Source: Thermoproteaceae archaeon
GTDB taxonomy: Archaea > Thermoproteota > Thermoprotei > Thermoproteales > Thermoproteaceae
Length of the DNA stretch: 64,000 nt
Direction: 5' to 3'
Assembly: GCA_020833025.1 (NCBI GenBank)
Contig: JAJHRB010000001.1
Location: 6,943-70,942 of the forward strand
In this document: positions 1 to 8,836 of the stretch, piece by piece
How positions within the stretch are numbered: position 1 is the first letter of the stretch
Layout: every line of letters begins with the position of its first letter
The notes under the pieces: generated by a model
Seen by the model: the letters and a program-made list of their open reading frames with translations, nothing else
Databases searched by the model: none
Told to the model about the DNA's origin: nothing
Translations under genes and position numbers: made by a program

Positions 1-62
1 TTTCTCACGACGCTAGACACGTCCTTGCAGATAACCGAGCCGCCAATCTTGATTACCATCAT
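1..62 (-). CDS. argB: [LysW]-aminoadipate/glutamate kinase (LysZ/ArgB), 5' part only, runs off the window
   Basis: Manual translation MMVIKIGGSVICKDVSSVVR has the amino-acid kinase KxGG motif; ATGA overlap with the argC stop. Confidence 0.8.
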   Translation of the reverse strand, partial: MMVIKIGGSVICKDVSSVVR

Positions 63-1123
63 AGCGGCGCCACAGGTATCTGACTGAGACCCTCGCCCTC
101 GGGAAAGCCCATCACTATGTTAAATGCTTGCACTGCCTGTCCCGCGGCGCCACGCACCAAGTTGTCAATTGCCGCGAATGTTATTACTCTGCTCGTGCGC
201 GGGTCGAGCTCGAATCCAACGTCCGCGACGTTTGTCCCCAGTACGTACTTGACGTTAGGGTAGTGCGACAGACCGAGCCTGTCCCTCACTACTCTAACGA
301 ACTTGGCGTTGCCGTAAAGCGCCCTGTAGTATTTCCACATGTCGACCTCCGAGGGCAGTTTATCGACGAAAACGTGGCCTGTCGTGAATATCCCGCGTAC
401 CAGGTCTACCGCGTGCGGCGTGAACGCAACTCTCACCTTCCTGCCTGCGAGCAAGCTGAGCTCTTGCTCTATCTCGGCGATATGGCGGTGGCGGGCGGGT
501 TCGTAGGGTCTCACGACGTACGTTCTGTAGCTGTGCAGGTCCACCACGGACCCCTCGGCGCCCGCCCCGCTTGAGCCTATCTTCGCGTCAATGACTGGCG
601 GCACGGCGCCTATCAGCCCGAACTTCGCCAGCGGCGCGAGCATCAGCACCGACGCCGTGGCCATGCAGCCGGGCACTGCAATGAGTCTTGCATTGACGAG
701 CTCGTCTCTGTGCAGCTCCGGCAGGCCGTACACGGCTCTCTCGAGGAGGTCCGGGTACGGGTGCGGGCCCGGCCACCCGTACCACTCCACGTACGCGTTC
801 GGGTCCTTCAGCCTGAAGTCGGCGCTGAGGTCCACCACCGTGATGCCTGACTCGTAGAGCTTGGGGGTCCACTTGACAGACTCGCCGTGTGGCAGCGCCA
901 GAAAGGCGGCGTCTGCCTTCAGCGCGGCGTCTAGCGAGGGCTCCACAAACCTCAGCTGGGTGAAGCCGCGCAAATTTGGGTGCACCCTGTAGACGTACTC
1001 GCCCTTAAACCTTCTCGACGTAGCGCACACTACCTCAACGCCGCTGTGCTGCAGTAATACCCTAAGCAGCTCGCCTCCCACGAATCCCGACGCTCCTATA
1101 ATGCAGACCTTGACGACCTTCAT
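59..1123 (-). CDS. argC: [LysW]-aminoadipyl/glutamyl-phosphate reductase (LysY/ArgC)
   Basis: GASGFVG Rossmann motif, PGCMAT catalytic Cys, GSSGAG, DNLVRGAAGQA. Confidence 0.93.
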   Translation of the reverse strand: MKVVKVCIIGASGFVGGELLRVLLQHSGVEVVCATSRRFKGEYVYRVHPNLRGFTQLRFVEPSLDAALKADAAFLALPHGESVKWTPKLYESGITVVDLSADFRLKDPNAYVEWYGWPGPHPYPDLLERAVYGLPELHRDELVNARLIAVPGCMATASVLMLAPLAKFGLIGAVPPVIDAKIGSSGAGAEGSVVDLHSYRTYVVRPYEPARHRHIAEIEQELSLLAGRKVRVAFTPHAVDLVRGIFTTGHVFVDKLPSEVDMWKYYRALYGNAKFVRVVRDRLGLSHYPNVKYVLGTNVADVGFELDPRTSRVITFAAIDNLVRGAAGQAVQAFNIVMGFPEGEGLSQIPVAPL

Positions 1124-1793
1124 ACTAGCCCTGCGATGAGTTCTGCCTCCTCTCTACTCTCAACCGGCGGCACGGGGTCGATATCTATTACACGCATATC
1201 GCCATTGTAATCCCCTAGCGTCACTCTCGCGTAGAGGAGGCCCAGGTGCGAGAGCGCGTCCGCGACGAGCCCCCTGGCGCTATTGATCGTTGCGAAGACC
1301 GACAGCATTCTGCTTGGTCTCGGCGCGATGACTGTCACTCTCGCGAGGGGATTGCGCATGTAAGCGCGATGCTCGAGCACGCTTTTCGCGCCCTCCATGC
1401 TTGTCACCGGACCGTCTAAGTTCAGCCTCCACGCAGTCAGCAACAGCCACGGCCCCCTCATATCGACCTTTTCGAGCGAGGCGTCTGCGCATACAACCGC
1501 ATACGGCGGGCCGAACTTCGGGAGCCAGCTCAGCCTGTTGACGGCCAGTAGAGATGCCACTGGCGGGTTTATGCTGCGCTTTGCCAGAAGCCCGTAAGCC
1601 GCTGCCACGTACGGGTTCCTGATCCTCACTACTGCCGTGCCCGGAATGCTTCTGACGGGCATCTCTGTCACGTTCAGCGTCACTGCCCTGAGGCCCCTCC
1701 GCGCCAGCGACTCAACTATGAGCCGGTCGGAAACAGTCGGGGTGTCTGTGATGATATATACTGCATCGTCGCCGCCCGTGGCCCCTGATTCAT
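1120..1793 (-). CDS. LysX/ArgX (RimK-like) ATP-grasp-related protein, short and divergent; the promoter-proximal AUG at 1793 joins the ORF only via a -1 shift at 1785-1782
   Basis: The frame is open upstream of the tracked GTG (1683) and reads VYIITDTPTVSDRLIVESLARRGLRAVTLNV, which resembles a LysX N-terminus; C-terminal VIDIDPVP resembles the ATP-grasp ExN strand; first gene before argC/argB. Confidence 0.55.
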
Positions 1794-1812
1794 GGCGGGT
1801 CGAGGAGGCGCG

Positions 1813-1821
1813 CTTTATATA
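1813..1821 (-). promoter_or_regulatory. TATA box of the lysX-like/argC/argB unit
   Basis: TATATAAAG on the minus strand, about 19 nt before the AUG at 1793. Confidence 0.6.
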
Positions 1822-1849
1822 GGTTGTGCTATTGGCTTAGCGCGGCAAG

Positions 1850-1857
1850 TTTAAAAA
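1850..1857 (+). promoter_or_regulatory. TATA box of the thrC/aspartokinase unit
   Basis: TTTAAAAA about 22 nt before the AUG at 1878 (leaderless spacing). Confidence 0.65.
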
Positions 1858-1877
1858 AGACGGGGACCTAAAACATT

Positions 1878-3031
1878 ATGGACGTGCCATCGGGGACGGC
1901 GCGCCGTACCTGAAATGTGTACTGTGCGGAGCTAGATACGAGCAGAACTACAGGCTGTACACGTGCCCCAGGTGCGGAGGCCTTCTTGAGGTGACCATCC
2001 CGCACAAATACTGGAGCCCGCGGGGCAGAGGCATCTGGCGGTATGCATCAATGCTGCCGCTAGGGAGCGGCATCTCGCTGGGAGAGGGCGGCACTCCGCT
2101 GGTTGAGTCGAGTCTGAGTAGTAACCTCTACATTAAGTTTGAAGGGACTAATCCCACCGGGAGCTTTAAGGATAGAGGAATGGCCCTTGGCGTTACAGTT
2201 GCGAGGGAGAGCAGGGCCGAGAAGGTGATAGTCGCGTCCACAGGAAACACTGCGGCGTCTGCCGCAGCGTATGCCGCGAGGGCTGGGCTGAAGTGCTACG
2301 TGCTGCTGCCCCGGGGCAACGTCGCGCGCGGCAAGCTCATACAGGCAGCACTTCACGGCGCTGAGATAATTATGATTAACGGCTTTTTCGACACTGCTCT
2401 CAGGTACGTGCTCGAGCACGGCACCAAGTACGCATATCCGCTGAACAGTTTCAATCCGTGGAGGCTGGAAGGCCAGAAGACAATTGCATTTGAGATATAC
2501 GAGGAGCTTGGATGTCCAGATTACGTAATAGTGCCCGTTGGAAATGCAGGCAACATCTCTGCAATATGGAAGGGGTTTAGAGAGCTGGGAGAGCTCGGTC
2601 TCTGCAGAAAGCTTCCTAGAATGGTAGGCGTGCAGGCAGAGGGCGCGGCGCCGCTTGCCGTGGCGTGGCAGAGAGGTCTCAAGAGCCCGCTATTTGTTGA
2701 CAAGCCCAAGACAATAGCAAGTGCAATTAGAATAGGCAGGCCGATTAACTGGCCCAAGGCAATGGCGGCAGTAGAGCAGTCAGGCGGCCTCTTCATCGCG
2801 GTTTCCGACAGCGAGATTGCCGAGGCTCAGAGGCTTCTGGCATCTAGAGACGGCATCGGGGCGGAGCCGGCGGGGGCTGCCTCCGTTGCAGCCGCGCTGA
2901 GGCTCAAGGTGAGCGGCACTGTAGTGGCCGTCGTCACGGGGCACGCACTCAAGGACCCCGACGTTATCGAAATAAGCGTCAGGGAGATAAAAGATTCAAG
3001 AGAGCTCCTCCTACTGCTGGAGGGAGCGTGA
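1878..3031 (+). CDS. thrC: Threonine synthase; the AUG at 1878 joins the ORF via a -1 shift at 1892-1895
   Basis: NPTGSFKDRG PLP-lysine motif, ASTGNT, VPVGNAGN; the Zn-ribbon CVLC..CPRC lies in frame upstream of the tracked GTG at 1991 with no in-frame ATG/GTG/TTG before it. Confidence 0.93.
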
Positions 3032-4026
3032 AACCCGTCGTGAAGATAGGAGGCTCTCTCCTTAAGAGCGCCGAGGATTTCGTCAGAGCTGCCCGCTTCG
3101 TAGTCTCACAGAGAGAGCCGCCGGTCGTGGTAGTCTCGGCGATGAAGGGCGTCACAGATGCCTTGCTCGAGCTTGAGAAGTCCAGAAGCATTTCGATCTA
3201 CTACGAAATCGCGCGGAGGCACGCCTCTGTTGCTGAAGCACTCGGCGTGCTTGAAGCCACGAGAGCACCGCTCAAGGAGCTGAAAGACGCGCTGAAAATG
3301 CCGAGAGAGGCTTGGACGCGCGATTACTTCGCCTCATTCGGCGAGAGACTCTCCGCGATAATATTACACGCCGTGTTGAGGAGGCTTGGCACTCCCGCAA
3401 AGCTATTCACGGCTCCGCTGCTCACAGATGACAATTACGGAAATGCAGAACCGCTAGCGCTTGAGAGTGCAGACGAAATAGCGGAGCCAGGGACTGTGGC
3501 GGTCGTCACGGGGTATATAGGCAGGAGCAAAGAGGGGAGGTTCACTACTGTTGGGCGGGGTGGCAGTGATTACGTGGCCACCTTCATCGGCAGGGAAATA
3601 GGCTCAAGGAGAGTCTCGCTAATAACGGAGGCTCTCGGTGTGATGACCGCAGACCCCAGAGAGGTTGAGGGTGCAGAGCCGCTCCCGCTGCTCTCGATTT
3701 ACGAGGCCCTTGAGGCCGCAAAGCTTGGCGTCAAACACTTCCACCCGCGAACGTTCGTGCCGCTGCTGGATGCAGCAAGCACAGTAGTTGAAGTGAGAAG
3801 CTATGAAAGCCGCGGGACGCTCATTGGACACTTCTACCCGCCGCCTCCCTGCAAGGTTGTTATAAGGTGCGAGGGAGGTAGTTACATCATAGGGCTGGCG
3901 GCGTACGAGCTAACAAAGCTCGGCGGCGTTCTACTGAGCAGGTATGCCGTAAGGCTAAACATGGCGCCGCGAGACGCTCACGAGCTCTTCATCAGGCCGC
4001 ACCTCAAGACGCTCTTCAAGCGGTAA
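3028..4026 (+). CDS. lysC: Aspartokinase with a short C-terminus
   Basis: VVKIGGS, VVVSAMKGVTD, SFGERLSA, GRGGSDY, MTADPR; GTGA overlap with the thrC stop. Confidence 0.88.
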   Translation: MKPVVKIGGSLLKSAEDFVRAARFVVSQREPPVVVVSAMKGVTDALLELEKSRSISIYYEIARRHASVAEALGVLEATRAPLKELKDALKMPREAWTRDYFASFGERLSAIILHAVLRRLGTPAKLFTAPLLTDDNYGNAEPLALESADEIAEPGTVAVVTGYIGRSKEGRFTTVGRGGSDYVATFIGREIGSRRVSLITEALGVMTADPREVEGAEPLPLLSIYEALEAAKLGVKHFHPRTFVPLLDAASTVVEVRSYESRGTLIGHFYPPPPCKVVIRCEGGSYIIGLAAYELTKLGGVLLSRYAVRLNMAPRDAHELFIRPHLKTLFKR

Positions 4027-4159
4027 TCCCTGCCCCTCAGGACTGGGCTGCCGGCCTTCAGCAGCGGCCCGCAGTGCTCGCCCAGGCCGTTTCCAAAATC
4101 CCAGCCGGAGGGACCAGCAAGGGCGGGGCGAGGGCGCCTTCTCTGGGACGCGGGAGCGT

Positions 4160-4198
4160 CTGCCCTTTAGGGCGGGAGGGGGATTGGCGGGACGTCAG
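4160..4198 (+). mobile_element. Orphan IS200/IS605-type right-end hairpin remnant
   Basis: CTGCCC-TTTA-GGGCGG hairpin followed by GAGGGG and then GTCAG, similar to archaeal IS605 right ends; no adjacent tnpA/tnpB. Confidence 0.45.
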
Positions 4199-4275
4199 TT
4201 CGTGGGTTCCTCCTCACGGGTCAGAACTAAAGACCCTCGTCACCCGAGAGCTCGCGCGCCGCTCCAAAAATTCAC

Positions 4276-4644
4276 TCACGACGCCTCCATTTTTCTTAGC
4301 AGTCTGAGCCACGTGGCAATGGACTCTCCCCCGGCCACTAGCTTGCCTTTAATAAGTCTGTACTGGCTGACGGCGCCCTTTTTCACTAGATACGCTGCAA
4401 ACATGTTGACCAAGACTTTTGCCTGACCTCTCCTCACAAGACCCTTGATGTACTCACTAGGATAGTCTCTGGCGACAGGATTTCCCTTTTCGGCTGCCTC
4501 CTTAGCGCGCAGTGCCAGAAGCTTGACGCCAACCTCCTTGAGCCATGCCTCAAATTTATCCAGCTCATCGCGGAACTCTCTTGCTATTTCTGAGCCGAGA
4601 AACTGGCTCCAGTACTGCCTTAGCTCACTTAGCGCTGACTCCAC
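4276..4644 (-). CDS. Hypothetical helical protein, 122 aa
   Basis: GTG start about 20 nt after TTTAAAAG; protein-like composition. Confidence 0.75.
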   Translation of the reverse strand: MESALSELRQYWSQFLGSEIAREFRDELDKFEAWLKEVGVKLLALRAKEAAEKGNPVARDYPSEYIKGLVRRGQAKVLVNMFAAYLVKKGAVSQYRLIKGKLVAGGESIATWLRLLRKMEAS

Positions 4645-4775
4645 GCTTCTCTGTGCGCGCTACTTTTAAACTTTGGCACTTAACGTGGCTCAAGCGGTGC
4701 GGCTCGCAGCACGGGGCGTCGTGTTATTACGTAGGCCTCAAGCGGCTGCCACGCGGTCGCACGAACGCCTAGGAG

Positions 4776-5318
4776 CTAGAAAAAAGAAGCATAGTACCCC
4801 ACTGCAATTTTCCTCGCCGCCTCCGCGGCGCACGAGGGGCAGACAAGAGCCATGCCGTGTCTCTTTAGCGTCGAGCCGCATTTAGGACACCGCGAGAGAA
4901 TAACGCCATAAGTGGGCCCGCGTATTGAAACTATTAGCGGGGGGCCGTGAGCTGAGACGACCCTCGCCCTTATGTAATCGCCGATGCCGAGCCTCCCGTC
5001 AGCCAAGAAGTGAGGCAGAATACCTGTAAACTGATACTTCAAGTCCACGGGCCCTCGCTTGCCCTCAACGGCGAAGCACTTAAGCTGGTACGCCCTCTTG
5101 CCCTTGCCGGTGACCTGGCAGTAAACTACCGCGCCGGGTTGCGGCAGCGGCGGGTTCCTTACAGGTCTTACCACTGCTGTATGAGATTTATCGTCATAAA
5201 GTGCTACACAAAGCGTGCATGCAATGTACTTGTAGCCGGCATAGTATGCCGAGCCCCTCACATCGTACTCCTCTGCATACGCGACAATCTCACCCGGCGT
5301 GACTACTGCACGCTTCAC
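4776..5318 (-). CDS. csl4: Exosome RNA-binding subunit Csl4
   Basis: VVTPGE N-terminus, S1 domain (GDYIRARV), C-terminal CPKC..CPSC Zn ribbon; start placed by TATA spacing. Confidence 0.85.
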   Translation of the reverse strand: MKRAVVTPGEIVAYAEEYDVRGSAYYAGYKYIACTLCVALYDDKSHTAVVRPVRNPPLPQPGAVVYCQVTGKGKRAYQLKCFAVEGKRGPVDLKYQFTGILPHFLADGRLGIGDYIRARVVSAHGPPLIVSIRGPTYGVILSRCPKCGSTLKRHGMALVCPSCAAEAARKIAVGYYASFF

Positions 5319-5371
5319 GCACAGGCTTGCGCCCATAAGATTAAGCTTTTTACCGCGCCGTACTGTACCTC

Positions 5372-5983
5372 GTGCTTGTTGAGCTGTCATTTAAGTTCAG
5401 CAGCGCGAGTGAGGTCGAGAAATTCTTGTCATTTCTCGAGAGACACGTGAGGAATGTTCGATATTCCGTGAGCGCGCGTCTGACGCACGTTTACGTCCAG
5501 CTGCAGGGAGAAGGCAAGGAGCTTCAGGACGCAGTTGCGCTGGTGAAAATGCTCGCAGGTCTCGCGAGAGCTCGGCGCGCCGTTAGACGGGTGCCGCTGT
5601 TGGTACTGTTCAGAGACGCTGAGCTGGCAAGGCCTGTGCCGCCGGACGCGATAGCCGACGCGCTGACGTTATCCGGCATTCCGTCGAGAGTGCGTGGCAG
5701 CTTCCTCGAGACAGAGGCAGACTACGAGAAGGTCCTACAAGTGGCTGAGGAGCTTTCTAGGCTCTACAAGATCTCCGAGAGGTACCCGATAACGCCACAC
5801 GCAAAGAGAATTGTCGTGGTGCACGCGTATGCTACAGGCAAGCCGGTCGACGCGTCAATAGAGGAGCTAGTAAGTGCCGGGTTGCTAAATCGCGGCGCGG
5901 CTATCAGCCTTAGATACCCCATTGAGGAGACAAAGAGGCGCTTGCTCAGTGCTGCTAGCGTTAGGCAGGGGCGGTCGGCTTAG
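5372..5983 (+). CDS. DUF2067-like conserved crenarchaeal protein
   Basis: Position between csl4 and rpoL, length, LTLSG..S..RG motif. Confidence 0.6.
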   Translation: MLVELSFKFSSASEVEKFLSFLERHVRNVRYSVSARLTHVYVQLQGEGKELQDAVALVKMLAGLARARRAVRRVPLLVLFRDAELARPVPPDAIADALTLSGIPSRVRGSFLETEADYEKVLQVAEELSRLYKISERYPITPHAKRIVVVHAYATGKPVDASIEELVSAGLLNRGAAISLRYPIEETKRRLLSAASVRQGRSA

Positions 5984-6010
5984 TTTAAATACTGCCGCGT
6001 AGCCGCGTGC

Positions 6011-6304
6011 GTGCTTCAGCTTGAAATACTGAAACTTGACGACAAGTACTTGGAAATCAAGGCCCGGGGAGACACGTACACTCTATTCCCGCCTATCGTA
6101 GAGTATCTGTCTCGCGACCCGGACGTGGAGTACGTGCAGTTTGACGTTGACCACCCGCTACTCGAAAATGTACATTTTAAGGTAAAGGTTAGAAGCGGCA
6201 ATCCCCTTAAGGCCGTGGAGAGGGCCGTGAGGGCCATACTGCAGGATCTAGAGGAGCTCGAGAGAGGATTCCTCGCGGAGAGTCGCCAGGCCGGGAGCAT
6301 GTAG
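6011..6304 (+). CDS. rpoL: RNA polymerase subunit Rpo11 (L)
   Basis: GDTYTL..P, DHPL motif, size. Confidence 0.9.
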   Translation: MLQLEILKLDDKYLEIKARGDTYTLFPPIVEYLSRDPDVEYVQFDVDHPLLENVHFKVKVRSGNPLKAVERAVRAILQDLEELERGFLAESRQAGSM

Positions 6305-6325
6305 AGAGCCCCGGCCGCCGCCGTT

Positions 6326-6994
6326 ATGATGCGCCTAGTACTGGCAGAGGCCTCGCTCGAGCTCGTGCCGCCAGAAATACGGAGCCACCCAGCAATAATA
6401 GCCGATGCCAGGAGGCGGGGCAGGAGGCCGGAGGAGATGCTACTCGACCGGGCCCGGCACCATCCGGCAATGCTGGCACTTAAGGACTCTCTCAGGCGGG
6501 GGAGGCCGGACATAGTGCACCAGGCATTACTCGTGTTCCAGTATAGCCTCCTGAATAGGCGCGGGCTGGGCAGAGCATACGTCCACACGCGCGATGACTA
6601 CGTTATCGTGATCCAGCCGGAAACGAGAATGCCCCGGAATTACAATAATTTCATTGCATTAATCGAGCAACTCTACGCCATTGGCAGGGTCCCGCCCCGA
6701 GGGAAGCCTCTCATCGAGCTTCAGAGAAAGGCCCTGCAGTCGCTGCTCAGAGAGCTCGGAAACCGCTGGATCGTGCTTCACGAGAATGGCGTGAAGGTGT
6801 CTCTGGCTGAAATTGGCAAAGCGCTTCTGAGCTCTGTCGTCGTGATCGGCGGCTTTCCGCACGGAGACTTCTTAAATAAGTGGGTCATCGAAGCGGCCGA
6901 AGCCGTGTACAGGCTAGGCGACGAGGTCATGGATGCGGCGCAGGTGATCTGCAAGGCCGTCACTGCCGCAGAGACCGCCGCCGGCCTTCTCTAA
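6326..6994 (+). CDS. nep1: 16S rRNA pseudouridine N1-methyltransferase Nep1 (SPOUT)
   Basis: LAEASLELVP, RGRPDIVH, RMPRNY, IGGFPHGDF. Confidence 0.92.
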   Translation: MMRLVLAEASLELVPPEIRSHPAIIADARRRGRRPEEMLLDRARHHPAMLALKDSLRRGRPDIVHQALLVFQYSLLNRRGLGRAYVHTRDDYVIVIQPETRMPRNYNNFIALIEQLYAIGRVPPRGKPLIELQRKALQSLLRELGNRWIVLHENGVKVSLAEIGKALLSSVVVIGGFPHGDFLNKWVIEAAEAVYRLGDEVMDAAQVICKAVTAAETAAGLL

Positions 6995-7002
6995 CACTAG
7001 CC

Positions 7003-7782
7003 ATGTCCGTGGAATTCCTGGTATATCTGAAGCGGAAGGGGCGCTGGCAAGAGCTAGCGAGATATGTGGAGCAGATCGGTGTGCCGTGCGTTCTCGACGT
7101 GAGCCATCTCGACACGTCGCGCTCGCCGATAACAACTGCGGTGGAGATAGAAGATGCACTACTCGAGAGCAGAATTGACGCGCTGGCTCTGCCGAGAGTC
7201 GGCGTGAGCGAGCTCGACTGGTACATCATGCTGGCAGACGCACTTGGTACGACAAGGCTTGTAATACCACCTGCACCCACAATAGACGATATAGCTGCGG
7301 TGTATGACAGGGCTGTGGGACATGGTATGCACGTTAACTGGATTTACGGAATTCAGCCGCTTGCGAGCATAGACGACGTCGAGAGAGTGGCCCGCGAGGT
7401 GAGGCACACAGCGGCGAGAATAACGTACGACCCGGTCAAGGCGAGAGGCACGAAAGAGATTTACAAGACTATAGTAGCGCTGAGCGGGTACATAAGAGAA
7501 ATATATATGTCGAACAGACGCGGAGGGCGCAGCCCGCGCCTCCCGCCATTTGACCCCTCAGGCAGGGTAAACTTTGCTGAGATTATGCAAATATTGCACT
7601 TGATAGGCTGGGAGGGCAAGCTTACCATTAGGCAAGCTCCTGCGTACTTCAGCGAGCTGGAGGTTCAAATTAAAATAGGCATGGAGGTTCTCGAGAGCAC
7701 AAAAAGCTCCGGCGCCTCTAAAGTAGTGCGGAGACGGGTGTCGGCGATACTCGCCGAGCTTATGTCTCGAGGAGCTCCCTAA
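7003..7782 (+). CDS. Xylose-isomerase/AP-endonuclease-2-like TIM-barrel protein, divergent
   Basis: ATG at 7003; YDP, RLPPFDPSGRVNF and GWEGKLTI match this fold's C-terminal pattern. Confidence 0.55.
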   Translation: MSVEFLVYLKRKGRWQELARYVEQIGVPCVLDVSHLDTSRSPITTAVEIEDALLESRIDALALPRVGVSELDWYIMLADALGTTRLVIPPAPTIDDIAAVYDRAVGHGMHVNWIYGIQPLASIDDVERVAREVRHTAARITYDPVKARGTKEIYKTIVALSGYIREIYMSNRRGGRSPRLPPFDPSGRVNFAEIMQILHLIGWEGKLTIRQAPAYFSELEVQIKIGMEVLESTKSSGASKVVRRRVSAILAELMSRGAP

Positions 7783-7843
7783 GTCCACTTGAGCGCCGCG
7801 GCGGGCAGGCCCCGCGCGACTTGCACACATGTTCAGGACTCCG

Positions 7844-7946
7844 TGTCAGATCAGAGGTCCTATGTCAGAGATCCCGTGCCGGGGGGTCCTATGCGCAGGG
7901 GCACACACCCATTCATAGGACCTCTGGCACAGAACCTCTGACATAG
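7844..7946. repeat. Array of about 14-15 bp repeats (consensus TGYCAGAGGTCCTA): three direct and two inverted copies
   Basis: Perfect 13-bp inverted repeat 7852-7864/7914-7926 and 11-bp inverted repeat 7860-7870/7936-7946. Confidence 0.8.
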
Positions 7947-8006
7947 CATTCTTGACGCAAGAATCTGGAAATCCGGTTTCCCGTTCAGGCCTGCCGCCGC
8001 AGTGAC

Positions 8007-8475
8007 ATGAAAGCATACAGAATGCTCGCGCTGCGCTACGACGTCCTAGAGCTGCCGCCCGAGGCGCAGCAGAATTCCCGCAGTTACTCAAGGTCCTGGC
8101 AGAGTTCCGAGCGCGGGCCTCCGAGCAGGCCGAAAATGGCGGCAGAACGCAACTGCCAGAGAGAGGGGCCCAGCCGAGGCGTCTCGCAGAGAAATTTTGT
8201 CCACGCGTACAACGCGCTGGAGCGACTGAGAGGGCGCGTCATAAGGCGCGGCAAGAGGGACTTATCGAGGGTCTCGCAGGCGGCACGGAGTGCCGTGCGT
8301 TGAGGCGAGGCTCTACAGCACGGTGTGCCCGAAATGCGAGGCGAAAATGGTGGAGCTGCAGAACAAGCGAGCTGGGTGCATGAAATGCTGCCTCAAGACA
8401 AACCAAGAATGAAAGTGCCCATCATGTGGGCGGTGAAGAGATTTGGCGGGCTGCTCAAAACGGCTCAGGCCTAAA
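8007..8475 (+). pseudogene. tnpB: Degraded IS200/IS605 TnpB-like (Zn-ribbon) gene
   Basis: Pieces in different frames: MKAYRMLALRYDVLELPPEAQ, QLLKVLAEFR..LAEKF, VHAYNALERLRGR and STVCPKCEAKM..CMKC; frameshifts and a large internal deletion. Confidence 0.6.
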
Positions 8476-8836
8476 ACCACCTCTTTTTTCTTCGCCGTGC
8501 CGGATGCTTACTAGCCCGGCAGTTCTCGCAATCTCATGAAAGCACGGCCGAGAGAGCGCTCCCTGTCAGGCGTGGGGTCCCGCCCGGCAGCGCCGCCTAG
8601 CGAGCGGGGCTCCGGCCCCCGGAGTGCGGTAGGGGTTGAAAGGGGGCACGGACACTACTACCCCGGCTGGCAGAATTGCGCTATCGCGAAGTTTGCTCTG
8701 TTTTCTTATCGCTACGCGACTGTTTTACATTTCCTAGCAAGGCTACTTGAAATTTAACAGAGCACATGTGAGAAGATGTAACTGAGTAAGTTAACAATGT
8801 ACAAATTAATGGCCAAGTTTGACGAGAGGCTTGCAG

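Noticed and set aside
4689-4745. Direct repeat CTCAAGCGG at 4689-4697 and 4737-4745
   Set aside because: There are only two 9-bp copies in GC-rich DNA, compatible with chance and not a CRISPR remnant.
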